Origin: Candidatus Limnocylindrus sp.
GTDB lineage: Bacteria; Chloroflexota; Limnocylindria; Limnocylindrales; Limnocylindraceae
DNA: 45,504 bases
Assembly (NCBI GenBank): GCA_040397155.1
Contig: JBBAWP010000004.1
Location: 1-45,504 of the forward strand
Direction: 5' to 3'
Shown: positions 28,603-36,134 of the stretch, one piece after another
Position numbering within the stretch: the first letter of the stretch is position 1
Layout: each line of letters opens with the position of its first letter
Made by a program: the position numbers and the translations under genes
Notes under the pieces: model-generated
What the model was told of the DNA's origin: nothing
What the model saw: the letters and a program-made list of their open reading frames with translations, nothing else
Databases searched by the model: none

Positions 28603-29517
28603 TTACGCCGGGATCACGACCACGCGGCGCTCTGGCTCTTCACCCGCCGACTCGGTTGCAATCCCAGGTGCGCCCTGTAGCTCCATGTGCACCCAGCGTC
28701 GCTCGAGCGCGGTCATTGGCTCGAGCTGAACTGCGCGACCAGTCTCCCGAACACGCTCGCCCGCCTTGCGCGCAAGTGCGCGGAGCTGCGCTTCACGTCG
28801 ACCGCGATACTCTTCAATGTCTACGGTGACGCGCGCCCATTCGCCGAGCTTGCGGCTCAACATCAGGTTGACAAGGTGCTGGATCGCCTGAAGACGCTCG
28901 CCGCGTCGGCCAATCAAGCTGCCGAGTTCTTCCGCCGCTTCCGGTGACGTACCCGCCACATTCAGCACGGTCTCGGAGCCTTCGCCGCTCAGACGAATCT
29001 CTGCCTCAAAGTCGAGGTGCTTGATCAGCGTCTCAAGGATCTCCTTGCCGCCGGCAATCATCTCTGGTGTGGTCTCGCTGCGCTCGCGGCGCTCGCGTGG
29101 CTCTCGTGTCTCGCCCGCTTCGCGTGGCGCTCGGGCTGGCCGATCAGCACGTTCAGGACGCGGTGCTCGCGCGGGTCGCTCCGCCCGTGCCGCTGGCGCA
29201 CGCTCTGGTCGTGCGCTGCGTGCCGGTCGCGGTTCGGAGTCGCGTGGCGCAGCATCTCGTGGTGCAGCGTCTCGTGGTGCTGAGGCGCGTGGCGCAGGTT
29301 CGGTCGCTCGCTTTGGCGTGCTGCCTGCGATTGCGCTTGCTGGCGCTGCAACGATCCGCGCTGGCTCGGCACCCATGCCGAGAACGCCCTTGGAGCCTGG
29401 CGCGATGATTTCAAAGTCGAGGTCGGCGAGTCCAACCTTGAAGGATTCGCATGCGATCTTGAGCGCCTCTTCAACGCTCTTGCCTGTGAACTCCTGGTAT
29501 GCGCTCTCGCTCGCCAT
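28603..29517 (-). CDS. jag: Jag/KhpB RNA-binding protein (Jag_N, KH, R3H) with an Arg/Pro/Glu-rich repeat linker
   Basis: The N-terminus reads FTGKSVEEALKIACESFKVGLADLDFEII. The C-terminal R3H-like segment is LEPMTALERRWVHMEL. The gene lies downstream of yidC. Confidence 0.85.
   Translation of the reverse strand: MASESAYQEFTGKSVEEALKIACESFKVGLADLDFEIIAPGSKGVLGMGAEPARIVAAPASAIAGSTPKRATEPAPRASAPRDAAPRDAAPRDSEPRPARSARPERAPAARAERPARAPRPERADRPARAPREAGETREPRERRERSETTPEMIAGGKEILETLIKHLDFEAEIRLSGEGSETVLNVAGTSPEAAEELGSLIGRRGERLQAIQHLVNLMLSRKLGEWARVTVDIEEYRGRREAQLRALARKAGERVRETGRAVQLEPMTALERRWVHMELQGAPGIATESAGEEPERRVVVIPA
29237..29281. repeat. 15-bp tandem repeat (about 3 copies) in the jag linker
   Basis: The units gcatctcgtggtgca and gcgtctcgtggtgct are preceded by a degenerate copy. 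On the minus strand they encode APRDAAPRDAAPRDSE. Confidence 0.7.
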
Positions 29518-30653
29518 TATCTGCCCCCTCGGCGACCGTGTCGGTCGCGCTTCTTGGCCGAACGAATCGTGGCGGCCGCAGATGCGGCGCGGTCAAGATC
29601 CGTGCGGGATTGTGGTGCCCCTTCAACCACGTCGCCCGCCGGAGCGCTCTCCGGCATCGCCACGGGGAATCGCGGTGCATGGTTCACGGCGAAGGCCGGA
29701 GTCCACCCAAAGAGTGGGAAGAGTCCGCCGTAGCCGAGGATCAAATACTGCTGCGCCAACGAGAAGATCGTGGACGCAATCCAGTAGATAAAGAGTCCCG
29801 CCGGCAAGATGCCGCCGTACAGGATTGAGATGAGCGGCAGGATCACCAGTGTCTGGCTCTGCATTGCCGCTGACGGATCGCCCTTTGCCGCGCCGCCCTT
29901 TGGCAGCGTCATCCGCGTCTGCAACACCTGCAACAGTGCGCTACCGAGCGCGAGCGGGGAGATGCCGACTCCGAGAAGAACGAGTGGTGCCCATGGCTGC
30001 GAAACATCAAGCCCGCCAAGCCATCCCACTGTTGTGTCAAAACAGCGGACACCGTCTGCGAGACCGTTCACGCAGCCTGGATCCAAGACCTGGAATCCGA
30101 AGATGCTCAGCATGGCGCTTGGATCGCTCGTCTTAAGTCCTTGATCGATCACTGAATACATTGGGATGAGCACGATGAACTGAAGCAGGGTCGGCAGGCA
30201 GCCGCTCAGCGGATTGATGCCGCGCGTCTTGTACAGCTCCGCCTGCGCTTGCTGGATCTTCATCCGATCGCCCTTATAGCGACGCTTGATCTCTTCCACC
30301 TCTGGCGCGAGCAGCTGCGTGCGCTTCTGTGAAACAAGTTGGCGCCGGTACGGCGAAATCAACACGACGCGGATGACGATCGTGAGCAGGAGAATTGAGA
30401 TTCCGATATCTCCTGTCAGGTTGTCAAAGAAGACCAGGCCAATGAAGAGTGCTTGGAAGACTGGCGTAAACAACCAAGAGAGGAGGCTGAACGGATCAGC
30501 GCCTGGCGATGCTGGAACGAGAGGCGCTGGCGGAGATGGCGGAACAACGACTGAGGCAGCGTCACACGCACCAACAACAAGCGCGACGAGTGTCAGAAGG
30601 AGAACCGTTGGGAGCAGTTGACGCGCTCGGTTGATCATCGGACTGGATCCCAT
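29517..30653 (-). CDS. yidC: Membrane protein insertase YidC
   Basis: The 378-aa polytopic ORF contains QKRTQLLAPEVEEIKRRYKGDRMKIQQAQAELYKTRGINPLSGCLPTLLQ, the typical YidC/Oxa1 core. An alternative start at ATG 30638 would remove most of the overlap with yidD. Confidence 0.9.
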   Translation of the reverse strand: MGSSPMINRARQLLPTVLLLTLVALVVGACDAASVVVPPSPPAPLVPASPGADPFSLLSWLFTPVFQALFIGLVFFDNLTGDIGISILLLTIVIRVVLISPYRRQLVSQKRTQLLAPEVEEIKRRYKGDRMKIQQAQAELYKTRGINPLSGCLPTLLQFIVLIPMYSVIDQGLKTSDPSAMLSIFGFQVLDPGCVNGLADGVRCFDTTVGWLGGLDVSQPWAPLVLLGVGISPLALGSALLQVLQTRMTLPKGGAAKGDPSAAMQSQTLVILPLISILYGGILPAGLFIYWIASTIFSLAQQYLILGYGGLFPLFGWTPAFAVNHAPRFPVAMPESAPAGDVVEGAPQSRTDLDRAASAAATIRSAKKRDRHGRRGGR

Positions 30654-30841
30654 CCGCCGGCGCTGAGTGGGGAGCAGCGCGCAATTCGGCGCGCACCCAT
30701 CCAGCTCCCCTTAAGGACGCCGTACTTCATGATCGCCTCTTCCGTGTATCGAGAGCAGCTCGGCTCAAACCGGCAGCTTGATGGCAGCCATGCAAAGAGG
30801 ATTCGATAGAGATGGATGAAGGCAACGGCGAGTCGCTTCAC
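30635..30841 (-). CDS. yidD: Membrane protein insertion efficiency factor YidD
   Basis: The 68-aa ORF carries the family signature YRILFAWLPSSCRFEPSCSRYTEEAIMKYG. Confidence 0.9.
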   Translation of the reverse strand: MKRLAVAFIHLYRILFAWLPSSCRFEPSCSRYTEEAIMKYGVLKGSWMGARRIARCSPLSAGGWDPVR

Positions 30842-31185
30842 GCGCGTGCCTCGCTATTGGTGCCAGAGAGAAGTTTTGCGCGGCGGAGGCAATCGGTGAG
30901 TGCGGCGCGGAGCTGCTCGCTCGATGCAGTTGCGGCCGAAGCGCGCACGCCAATCAGAAGGTCTGTGCCAGGTACAACCGCTGGCGCCAGGTCTCGTGTG
31001 ATTGCCTTGAGCCGGCGGCGAATGCGGTTGCGCACCACTGCGCCGCCAACCTTCTTGCTTGCGGCAATTCCAATGCGCAGCGAGGGTACGGCGCGATCGC
31101 GCACAGCGAAGCGAACGCCGAGCAGTGGTGAGTTGACACCGGGCGCGGCGGCAAGAGCCGTAAAGTCAGCTGCGGTTCGAATCAT
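30838..31185 (-). CDS. rnpA: RNase P protein component
   Basis: The 115-aa basic ORF contains IAASKKVGGAVVRNRIRRRLK (RNR motif). It lies between rpmH and yidD. Confidence 0.85.
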   Translation of the reverse strand: MIRTAADFTALAAAPGVNSPLLGVRFAVRDRAVPSLRIGIAASKKVGGAVVRNRIRRRLKAITRDLAPAVVPGTDLLIGVRASAATASSEQLRAALTDCLRRAKLLSGTNSEARA

Positions 31186-31220
31186 GTCGAAACCTGCGGG
31201 GCGCGAGTGCGCCGGCCCGC

Positions 31221-31355
31221 TCAGACGGTGAGGCGCTTGCGGCCGCGTGCGCGGCGACGAGCCAAGACCTTGCGGCCCGACGTCGTCGACATGCGCTTAC
31301 GGAAACCGTGTTCGCGGAATCGCTGTCGCTTCTTTGGCTGGTGCGTTCGCTTCAT
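31221..31355 (-). CDS. rpmH: 50S ribosomal protein L34
   Basis: I translated this by hand because it is too short for the ORF track. It reads [44 protein letters not shown]. Confidence 0.95.
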   Translation of the reverse strand: MKRTHQPKKRQRFREHGFRKRMSTTSGRKVLARRRARGRKRLTV

Positions 31356-31706
31356 GTTGATCGCTCCCGTCAATGTGGCCTTGGCGTCGCTCCGCCGTGC
31401 GGACCGGGTGCCAAGAGGGCTGCCTGGCCTAGGGCCGCGAGGTGGGCGGATCTAGGAAGGGAAGTATCGTCGGGGAGCCGCCAGGGTGTCAATTCAGGCA
31501 CGGTAATCCCTGCGCCGATGGCGCTACGGGGAGGCTGGCGGTAGCCCAGAGGCACTCCGCCCCTGGGTGTAACAATGCTCGCGCGACGCGTCGTACGGGT
31601 TGAGAAGTTGCTGCTATTCTCCGCGTCCCCCCAACAGGGTCCGGGCGGCCGCAACGCTGCCCCACTGACTCTCTGACGCGGGGAAAAGAGAGGGAGGCGC
31701 TGCGGC

Positions 31707-33137
31707 ATGGATCGACGACAGGTCTGGCGCGCCACTCTCGGAGAGCTAGAGATCAGCCTCTCCCAGGCGACCTTCGAAACCTGGTTCCGTCGAACCGCAC
31801 TCCTTCGCGTTGACGAACAGAGCAGCACTTTCACGCTCGGTGTTGCTTCTGGTTTTGCAAAGGATTGGATTGAGGAGCGCTACCGCTCACTCATCGCACA
31901 AACAATCGCAAAGATTGTTGGCTATAGCGTGACGCTCCAGGTAGAAGTTGTGAGCGAGGATGAGCTTGATGCGCAAGGCGCGCTCGCAGGGAAGAAGAGT
32001 GCGTCAACAGACACCGCATCACAGGTGCGCACGCACACACCTTCGAGCGATTCAGTTCGCGTTGTTGATGCGAGCGAGCCAGCGCGACCAACCAACCTGA
32101 ACGCGCGATACACATTCGCAACGTATGTCGTTGGTTCCGCGAGCCGGCTTGCACACGCTGCATCGCAGTCTGTCTCCGAGCGGCCAGGTGGCGCATACAA
32201 CCCGCTCTTCCTTTACGGCGGTACTGGTCTTGGGAAGACACACCTGCTTCACGCGATCGGAAACGCGGTGATGGAGCGTTCGCCAAAGCGACGCGTCCTT
32301 TACATCACTGGCGAAGCGTTCACCAATGAGTTTATTCTCGGCATCCAGCAGGGTGCGGCCGACGCGTTCCGTTCGCGCTTCAGGAAGATTGACGTGTTGC
32401 TGATCGACGACATCCAATTCATTGCGGACAAGGAGCGGACGCAGGAAGAGTTCTTCCACACATTCAACACCCTCCACTCCGCAGGGAAGCAGATCGTGAT
32501 CACTTCGGATCGCACACCAAAGGAAATCTCACTCCTTGAAGAGCGTCTTCGCTCTCGCTTTGAGTGGGGCTTGATTGCAGACATCTCTTCGCCTGATCTT
32601 GAGACGCGAATCGCCATTCTGCGCAGCAAGGTTGAAGAGAGCGGCGTGATCGTTGCAGATGATGTGTTGGAGCAGGTCGCCCGCCGCGTGCAGAGCAATG
32701 TGCGCGAACTTGAAGGGGCGCTCACCCGTCTGGTTGCGGTGGGCCGCCTCAGCGGCATGCCGGTCACGATGGAGCTCGCCGCACGGGTGTTGAGCGAGGC
32801 GGTCTATCCGAGCCCGAAGCGCATTCTTGAGCCGGAGCAGGTGGTTGCCGTTGTCGCCGAACACTACGGCGTGACCGTTGAGCAGCTGCGCGGCCCGAAG
32901 CGCGACCGTGAGATTGTGGTTCCTCGCCAGATCGCCGCCTACCTCTCGCGTGAGGAGACCGACGCGTCGCTCGTTCGTATCGGCGGTGCGCTCGGGGGGC
33001 GAGACCACTCCACGATCATCCACGCCTGCAGCAAGATCGAGCGCGAGATGAGCTACGACGCGGAGCTCCGCCGAGAGGTGGCCCTTCTGCGCGAGGCGCT
33101 CCTCCGCTACGGCCAGGGGGCTGCTGCCTCCGCATAA
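31707..33137 (+). CDS. dnaA: Chromosomal replication initiator DnaA
   Basis: Motifs are NPLFLYGGTGLGKTHLL (Walker A), LLIDDIQF, the sensor region SNVRELEGAL, and the C-terminal DNA-binding domain with RQIAAYLSRE and GRDHSTIIHA. Confidence 0.97.
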   Translation: MDRRQVWRATLGELEISLSQATFETWFRRTALLRVDEQSSTFTLGVASGFAKDWIEERYRSLIAQTIAKIVGYSVTLQVEVVSEDELDAQGALAGKKSASTDTASQVRTHTPSSDSVRVVDASEPARPTNLNARYTFATYVVGSASRLAHAASQSVSERPGGAYNPLFLYGGTGLGKTHLLHAIGNAVMERSPKRRVLYITGEAFTNEFILGIQQGAADAFRSRFRKIDVLLIDDIQFIADKERTQEEFFHTFNTLHSAGKQIVITSDRTPKEISLLEERLRSRFEWGLIADISSPDLETRIAILRSKVEESGVIVADDVLEQVARRVQSNVRELEGALTRLVAVGRLSGMPVTMELAARVLSEAVYPSPKRILEPEQVVAVVAEHYGVTVEQLRGPKRDREIVVPRQIAAYLSREETDASLVRIGGALGGRDHSTIIHACSKIEREMSYDAELRREVALLREALLRYGQGAAASA

Positions 33138-33438
33138 CCTGTGGATATCTGGTGGAGAAGTGGTGGAAACACCGCCTTCTCGCACGGGGGGCGTGAGCGC
33201 CTGAGGACACGATGTGGAGAACCGACCTGGGGTTCCCCCCAGCCTCTCCCGAGAAACGGTGAGGTTTACGCGCACCGGGGGTGCGTGGTTCACACTTCAG
33301 GGGAGGTTCCCCACGGTTCCTGGACGAGGGTTTACGCGTAGGCTCCACAGGTTCCACACTACGAATACGACGGTGACGGGTTTAAAGAGATAAGACACTA
33401 TTAGCAAGACGCTCAGAGGGGTATGTGGAGGAGTTGAA
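33138..33438. other. Candidate oriC (DnaA-box cluster plus AT-rich unwinding patch) in the dnaA-dnaN spacer
   Basis: DnaA-box-like 9-mers, compared with TTATCCACA/TGTGGATAA, are: TGTGGATAT at 33140-33148 (8/9), TGTGGAGAA at 33213-33221 (8/9), TGTGGAGGA at 33424-33432 (7/9), and tandem ggcTCCACA/ggtTCCACA at 33341-33358 in the opposite orientation. The only markedly AT-rich patch in this GC-rich neighbourhood, tttaaagagataagacactattagcaa, lies at 33381-33407. GGTTTACGCG occurs twice. The spacer is 300 nt and non-coding. Confidence 0.6.
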
Positions 33439-34554
33439 ATGAAGCTATCGGTGACTCAAGAGAACCTGGCGCGCGGCCTGGCGGTTGTCGGTCACGGTGT
33501 GGCCTCTCGAAACACGCTTCCGATCCTCTCGAACGTCTACCTCGGCACCGAGGACGGCGGACTCCGGCTCGTGGCAACCAACCTCGAGATCGCGGTGACC
33601 CATTGGGTTCCCGCCAGGATTGAAGAGAAGGGTGCAACAACGATCCCAGCACGCCTTCTCAGCGACGTGGTGAACGGGCTCCCGAACGAGAAGATTGATA
33701 TCTCGCTTCTCCCGGACGGCCGTGTTCACCTGAAGTGCGGTCGCAGCGCATCACACCTTCGCGCAACACCCGCCGACGACTTCCCTCAAGTCGGCGCCGC
33801 TGGCGAGCGCGTAACGGCGCGGATCTCACAGAAAGAGCTGCGCGCCGCACTCGACTCAACCGTGTTCGCCGCCGCAGGCGACGAAGCGCGGCCGATCCTC
33901 ACCGGCGTGCTCACAAGCTTCACCGGAGAGAAGGCAACATTTGCCGCTGCGGATAACTACCGCATCGCAGTCGCTGGTGCTGCGCTTGCAGAGGCGGCAC
34001 CAGAGACGAGCATCATCGTGCCTGCGCGTGCGTATGCCGAACTCCTTCGTCTGCTCTCAGATGTTGATGACCTTGTTGAGATAACACTGACACCGGCGAA
34101 GAACCAACTGCAGTTCAAGCTCGGCGACACCATGTTGGTCAGCCGACTTATTGATGGGCAATTCCCACCATTCCAGCAAGTGATCCCAACGTCCCACACC
34201 ACAAAGGTAACTATCGTGCGCGACGATTTCTTGCGCGCCGTTCGCCTTGCGCAAGTTGTGGCCGACGCGTCAGCGCACATCGTGCGATTCGCGATTACAC
34301 CTGAAGGCGGTGGAGCAATTGACATCACCGCCGCCGCAGATGTTGGCGATCATGCGGCACACGTTGAAGCAACGGTCGAAGGCGAAGGGACAACGATTGC
34401 GTTCAACGCGAAGTATCTCGTGGACGTGCTCTCCCGCGTTGAAGCAGACCAGTTCTCCCTGGAGCTCACTGGCCCGATCGCACCAGGGTTGCTTCGCCCG
34501 CTTGATGGGCGCGACTACCTCCATGTCGTGATGCCGGTGCGCACCCCCTCCTGA
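33439..34554 (+). CDS. dnaN: DNA polymerase III beta sliding clamp
   Basis: The 371-aa ORF has the N-terminus MKLSVTQENLARGL and the motif LPILSNVYL. It occupies the canonical position after dnaA. Confidence 0.95.
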   Translation: MKLSVTQENLARGLAVVGHGVASRNTLPILSNVYLGTEDGGLRLVATNLEIAVTHWVPARIEEKGATTIPARLLSDVVNGLPNEKIDISLLPDGRVHLKCGRSASHLRATPADDFPQVGAAGERVTARISQKELRAALDSTVFAAAGDEARPILTGVLTSFTGEKATFAAADNYRIAVAGAALAEAAPETSIIVPARAYAELLRLLSDVDDLVEITLTPAKNQLQFKLGDTMLVSRLIDGQFPPFQQVIPTSHTTKVTIVRDDFLRAVRLAQVVADASAHIVRFAITPEGGGAIDITAAADVGDHAAHVEATVEGEGTTIAFNAKYLVDVLSRVEADQFSLELTGPIAPGLLRPLDGRDYLHVVMPVRTPS

Positions 34555-34617
34555 TCATGCGGTGCCGCACACCGCGCGGCCCAGACGCTCGTCAACCGAT
34601 GAAGAGGAGTGGACAAA

Positions 34618-35778
34618 GTGATTGAGCGCGTGCGCCTCCAACAAATCCGAAGCTGGACCGCTGGAGAGATCCGTTTCTCCGCAGGCCCCCAGATCCTCTG
34701 GGGGGCGAACGGCGCTGGGAAGACCACCGCGATCGAAGCGCTGCTTGTTGCAGCCACCGGTCGCTCGCACCGTGCAAGCGCGCTCCGCGAACTCGTCCAA
34801 GAGGGGGCAAGCAGCGGTGCGTTCACCGTCACACTTCGAGACCCACGTGAGGCGCAGGACGATCCGCTTGCGGCAACCACACTCGCCGCAGAGATCGGCC
34901 GCTCGGAGCGCACCCGGTATCTCGTGAACGGCACCGCGCGAAGGAGCGAGACGCTCGGCGAGAAGCTCAAGATCGCCGCCTTTGTTCCGGAAGAGACAGG
35001 CCTCGTCGTCGGGGCCCCTTCCGTGCGTCGCGCCGCCCTAGACCGAATGGCAATCCAGTGGAAGACGGGCTACCGCGCTGCCCTCACCAGGTATGAACGC
35101 ACACTTAAGCAGCGCAACCGGCTCTTGAAGGATGCGCTTGAGAGCGACGGTGCTGAGCGACGGGCGATCAGCGCAGAGATGAAGCCGTGGACTGAACTCT
35201 TGATCAGTAGCGGCGCGGAGATTGTTGCGGCTCGCAACGAACTGCTGCGCGCACTCGCAGGCCCCCTCACAACCGCGCACCGCGAGGTCGCCCCTACAGA
35301 GGGCGATCTCACCGTCCACTATGTTTCGCGTGAAGCGCACCTCCTAGATGACGACGCGGACGCCGCCGCCATCCGCCTACGCAGATCGTTTGAGGAAACC
35401 GCGGAGAGCGAGGGTTATCAAGGACACACACTGGTTGGCCCACACCGCGATGACCTGACGTTTAAGGCGGATGGAAAAGATCTCGCGCCGATCGCATCGC
35501 GCGGACAACAGCGCAGCCTGCTTCTTGCGCTTCTTTTTGCGGAGATTGAGCTACTGACTACCGATCGCGGCGAGCCGCCTCTTCTTCTGCTCGACGATGC
35601 ATTCTCTGAGCTTGATCCGGAGCGACGCGATCATCTCGTGCAGCGCCTTACCGCACTCCCCCAGACCATCATCACCACCACGACGCTCGGCGATCTCGCT
35701 CCGCGGCTCGTCGCTGCCAGCGCATGCCAAGAAGTGGTTCGAGGTCCGCGCGGAAGTGAGGTGAAGCGTGAACGATAA
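34618..35778 (+). CDS. recF: DNA replication and repair protein RecF
   Basis: It has the Walker A motif GANGAGKTTAIEAL, the SMC-like signature SRGQQRSLLLAL and the Walker B motif LLLLDDAFSELD. I prefer GTG 34618, with gaggag 8-9 nt upstream, over the tracked GTG 34609. Confidence 0.9.
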   Translation: MIERVRLQQIRSWTAGEIRFSAGPQILWGANGAGKTTAIEALLVAATGRSHRASALRELVQEGASSGAFTVTLRDPREAQDDPLAATTLAAEIGRSERTRYLVNGTARRSETLGEKLKIAAFVPEETGLVVGAPSVRRAALDRMAIQWKTGYRAALTRYERTLKQRNRLLKDALESDGAERRAISAEMKPWTELLISSGAEIVAARNELLRALAGPLTTAHREVAPTEGDLTVHYVSREAHLLDDDADAAAIRLRRSFEETAESEGYQGHTLVGPHRDDLTFKADGKDLAPIASRGQQRSLLLALLFAEIELLTTDRGEPPLLLLDDAFSELDPERRDHLVQRLTALPQTIITTTTLGDLAPRLVAASACQEVVRGPRGSEVKRER

Positions 35779-36118
35779 GCGTCAACGTAAAAGGAAGCCG
35801 CAGAAGTTGAGCACACTAATTCCTGAAGCGGCGCGCGCGCTCGGCTTTCAAGAAGAGCTTGAACTTTCACAACGCGCTCGTGTCTTTCACGAGCTTCTCG
35901 TGCAGATCGCGCCGCACCTTGCGCCGCACTGCCGACTCACGGCGGGGAGTGAAGGGGGCCGACTTGCGATTGAAGTTGACGACCGCGCAACCGCGCAAGA
36001 GCTCCACCTACGTAGCGCCGAGATTGCCAGCGCTTATTCAAGCCACCCAGGCGGCGCGCGCGCAATCGGGCTAACCGTGCGCCTCGGACAGGGCAACGAC
36101 GATACCGAGCGACACTAG
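35768..36118 (+). CDS. DUF721-domain protein (DciA-like) following recF
   Basis: The 116-aa ORF has a basic N-terminus and overlaps the recF end by 11 nt. This is the same position as the DUF721/DciA gene in Actinobacteria. The pattern ...LVQIAPHLAPHCRLTAGSEGGRLAIEVDDRATAQELHLRSAEI fits the DUF721 profile as I remember it. Confidence 0.65.
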   Translation: MNDKRQRKRKPQKLSTLIPEAARALGFQEELELSQRARVFHELLVQIAPHLAPHCRLTAGSEGGRLAIEVDDRATAQELHLRSAEIASAYSSHPGGARAIGLTVRLGQGNDDTERH

Positions 36119-36134
36119 GCGTATCCTCAGCGCA

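Noticed and set aside
31356-31706. The rpmH-dnaA spacer was considered as the replication origin or as half of a bipartite origin.
   Set aside because: It is uniformly GC-rich. I found no 9-mer within one mismatch of TTATCCACA/TGTGGATAA and no AT-rich patch. It is probably only the dnaA promoter/leader region.
33141-33341. A 66-aa ORF (plus strand) and the overlapping 113-aa and 254-aa minus-strand ORFs lie in the dnaA-dnaN spacer.
   Set aside because: They overlap the DnaA-box cluster, have no RBS or family resemblance and have odd composition. The spacer is better explained as oriC.
35322-35337. A second parS-like sequence, TGTTTCGCGTGAAGCG, lies inside recF.
   Set aside because: It matches only 13 of 16 positions and the central CACGTG core is broken. 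It is within the range expected by chance in coding sequence.
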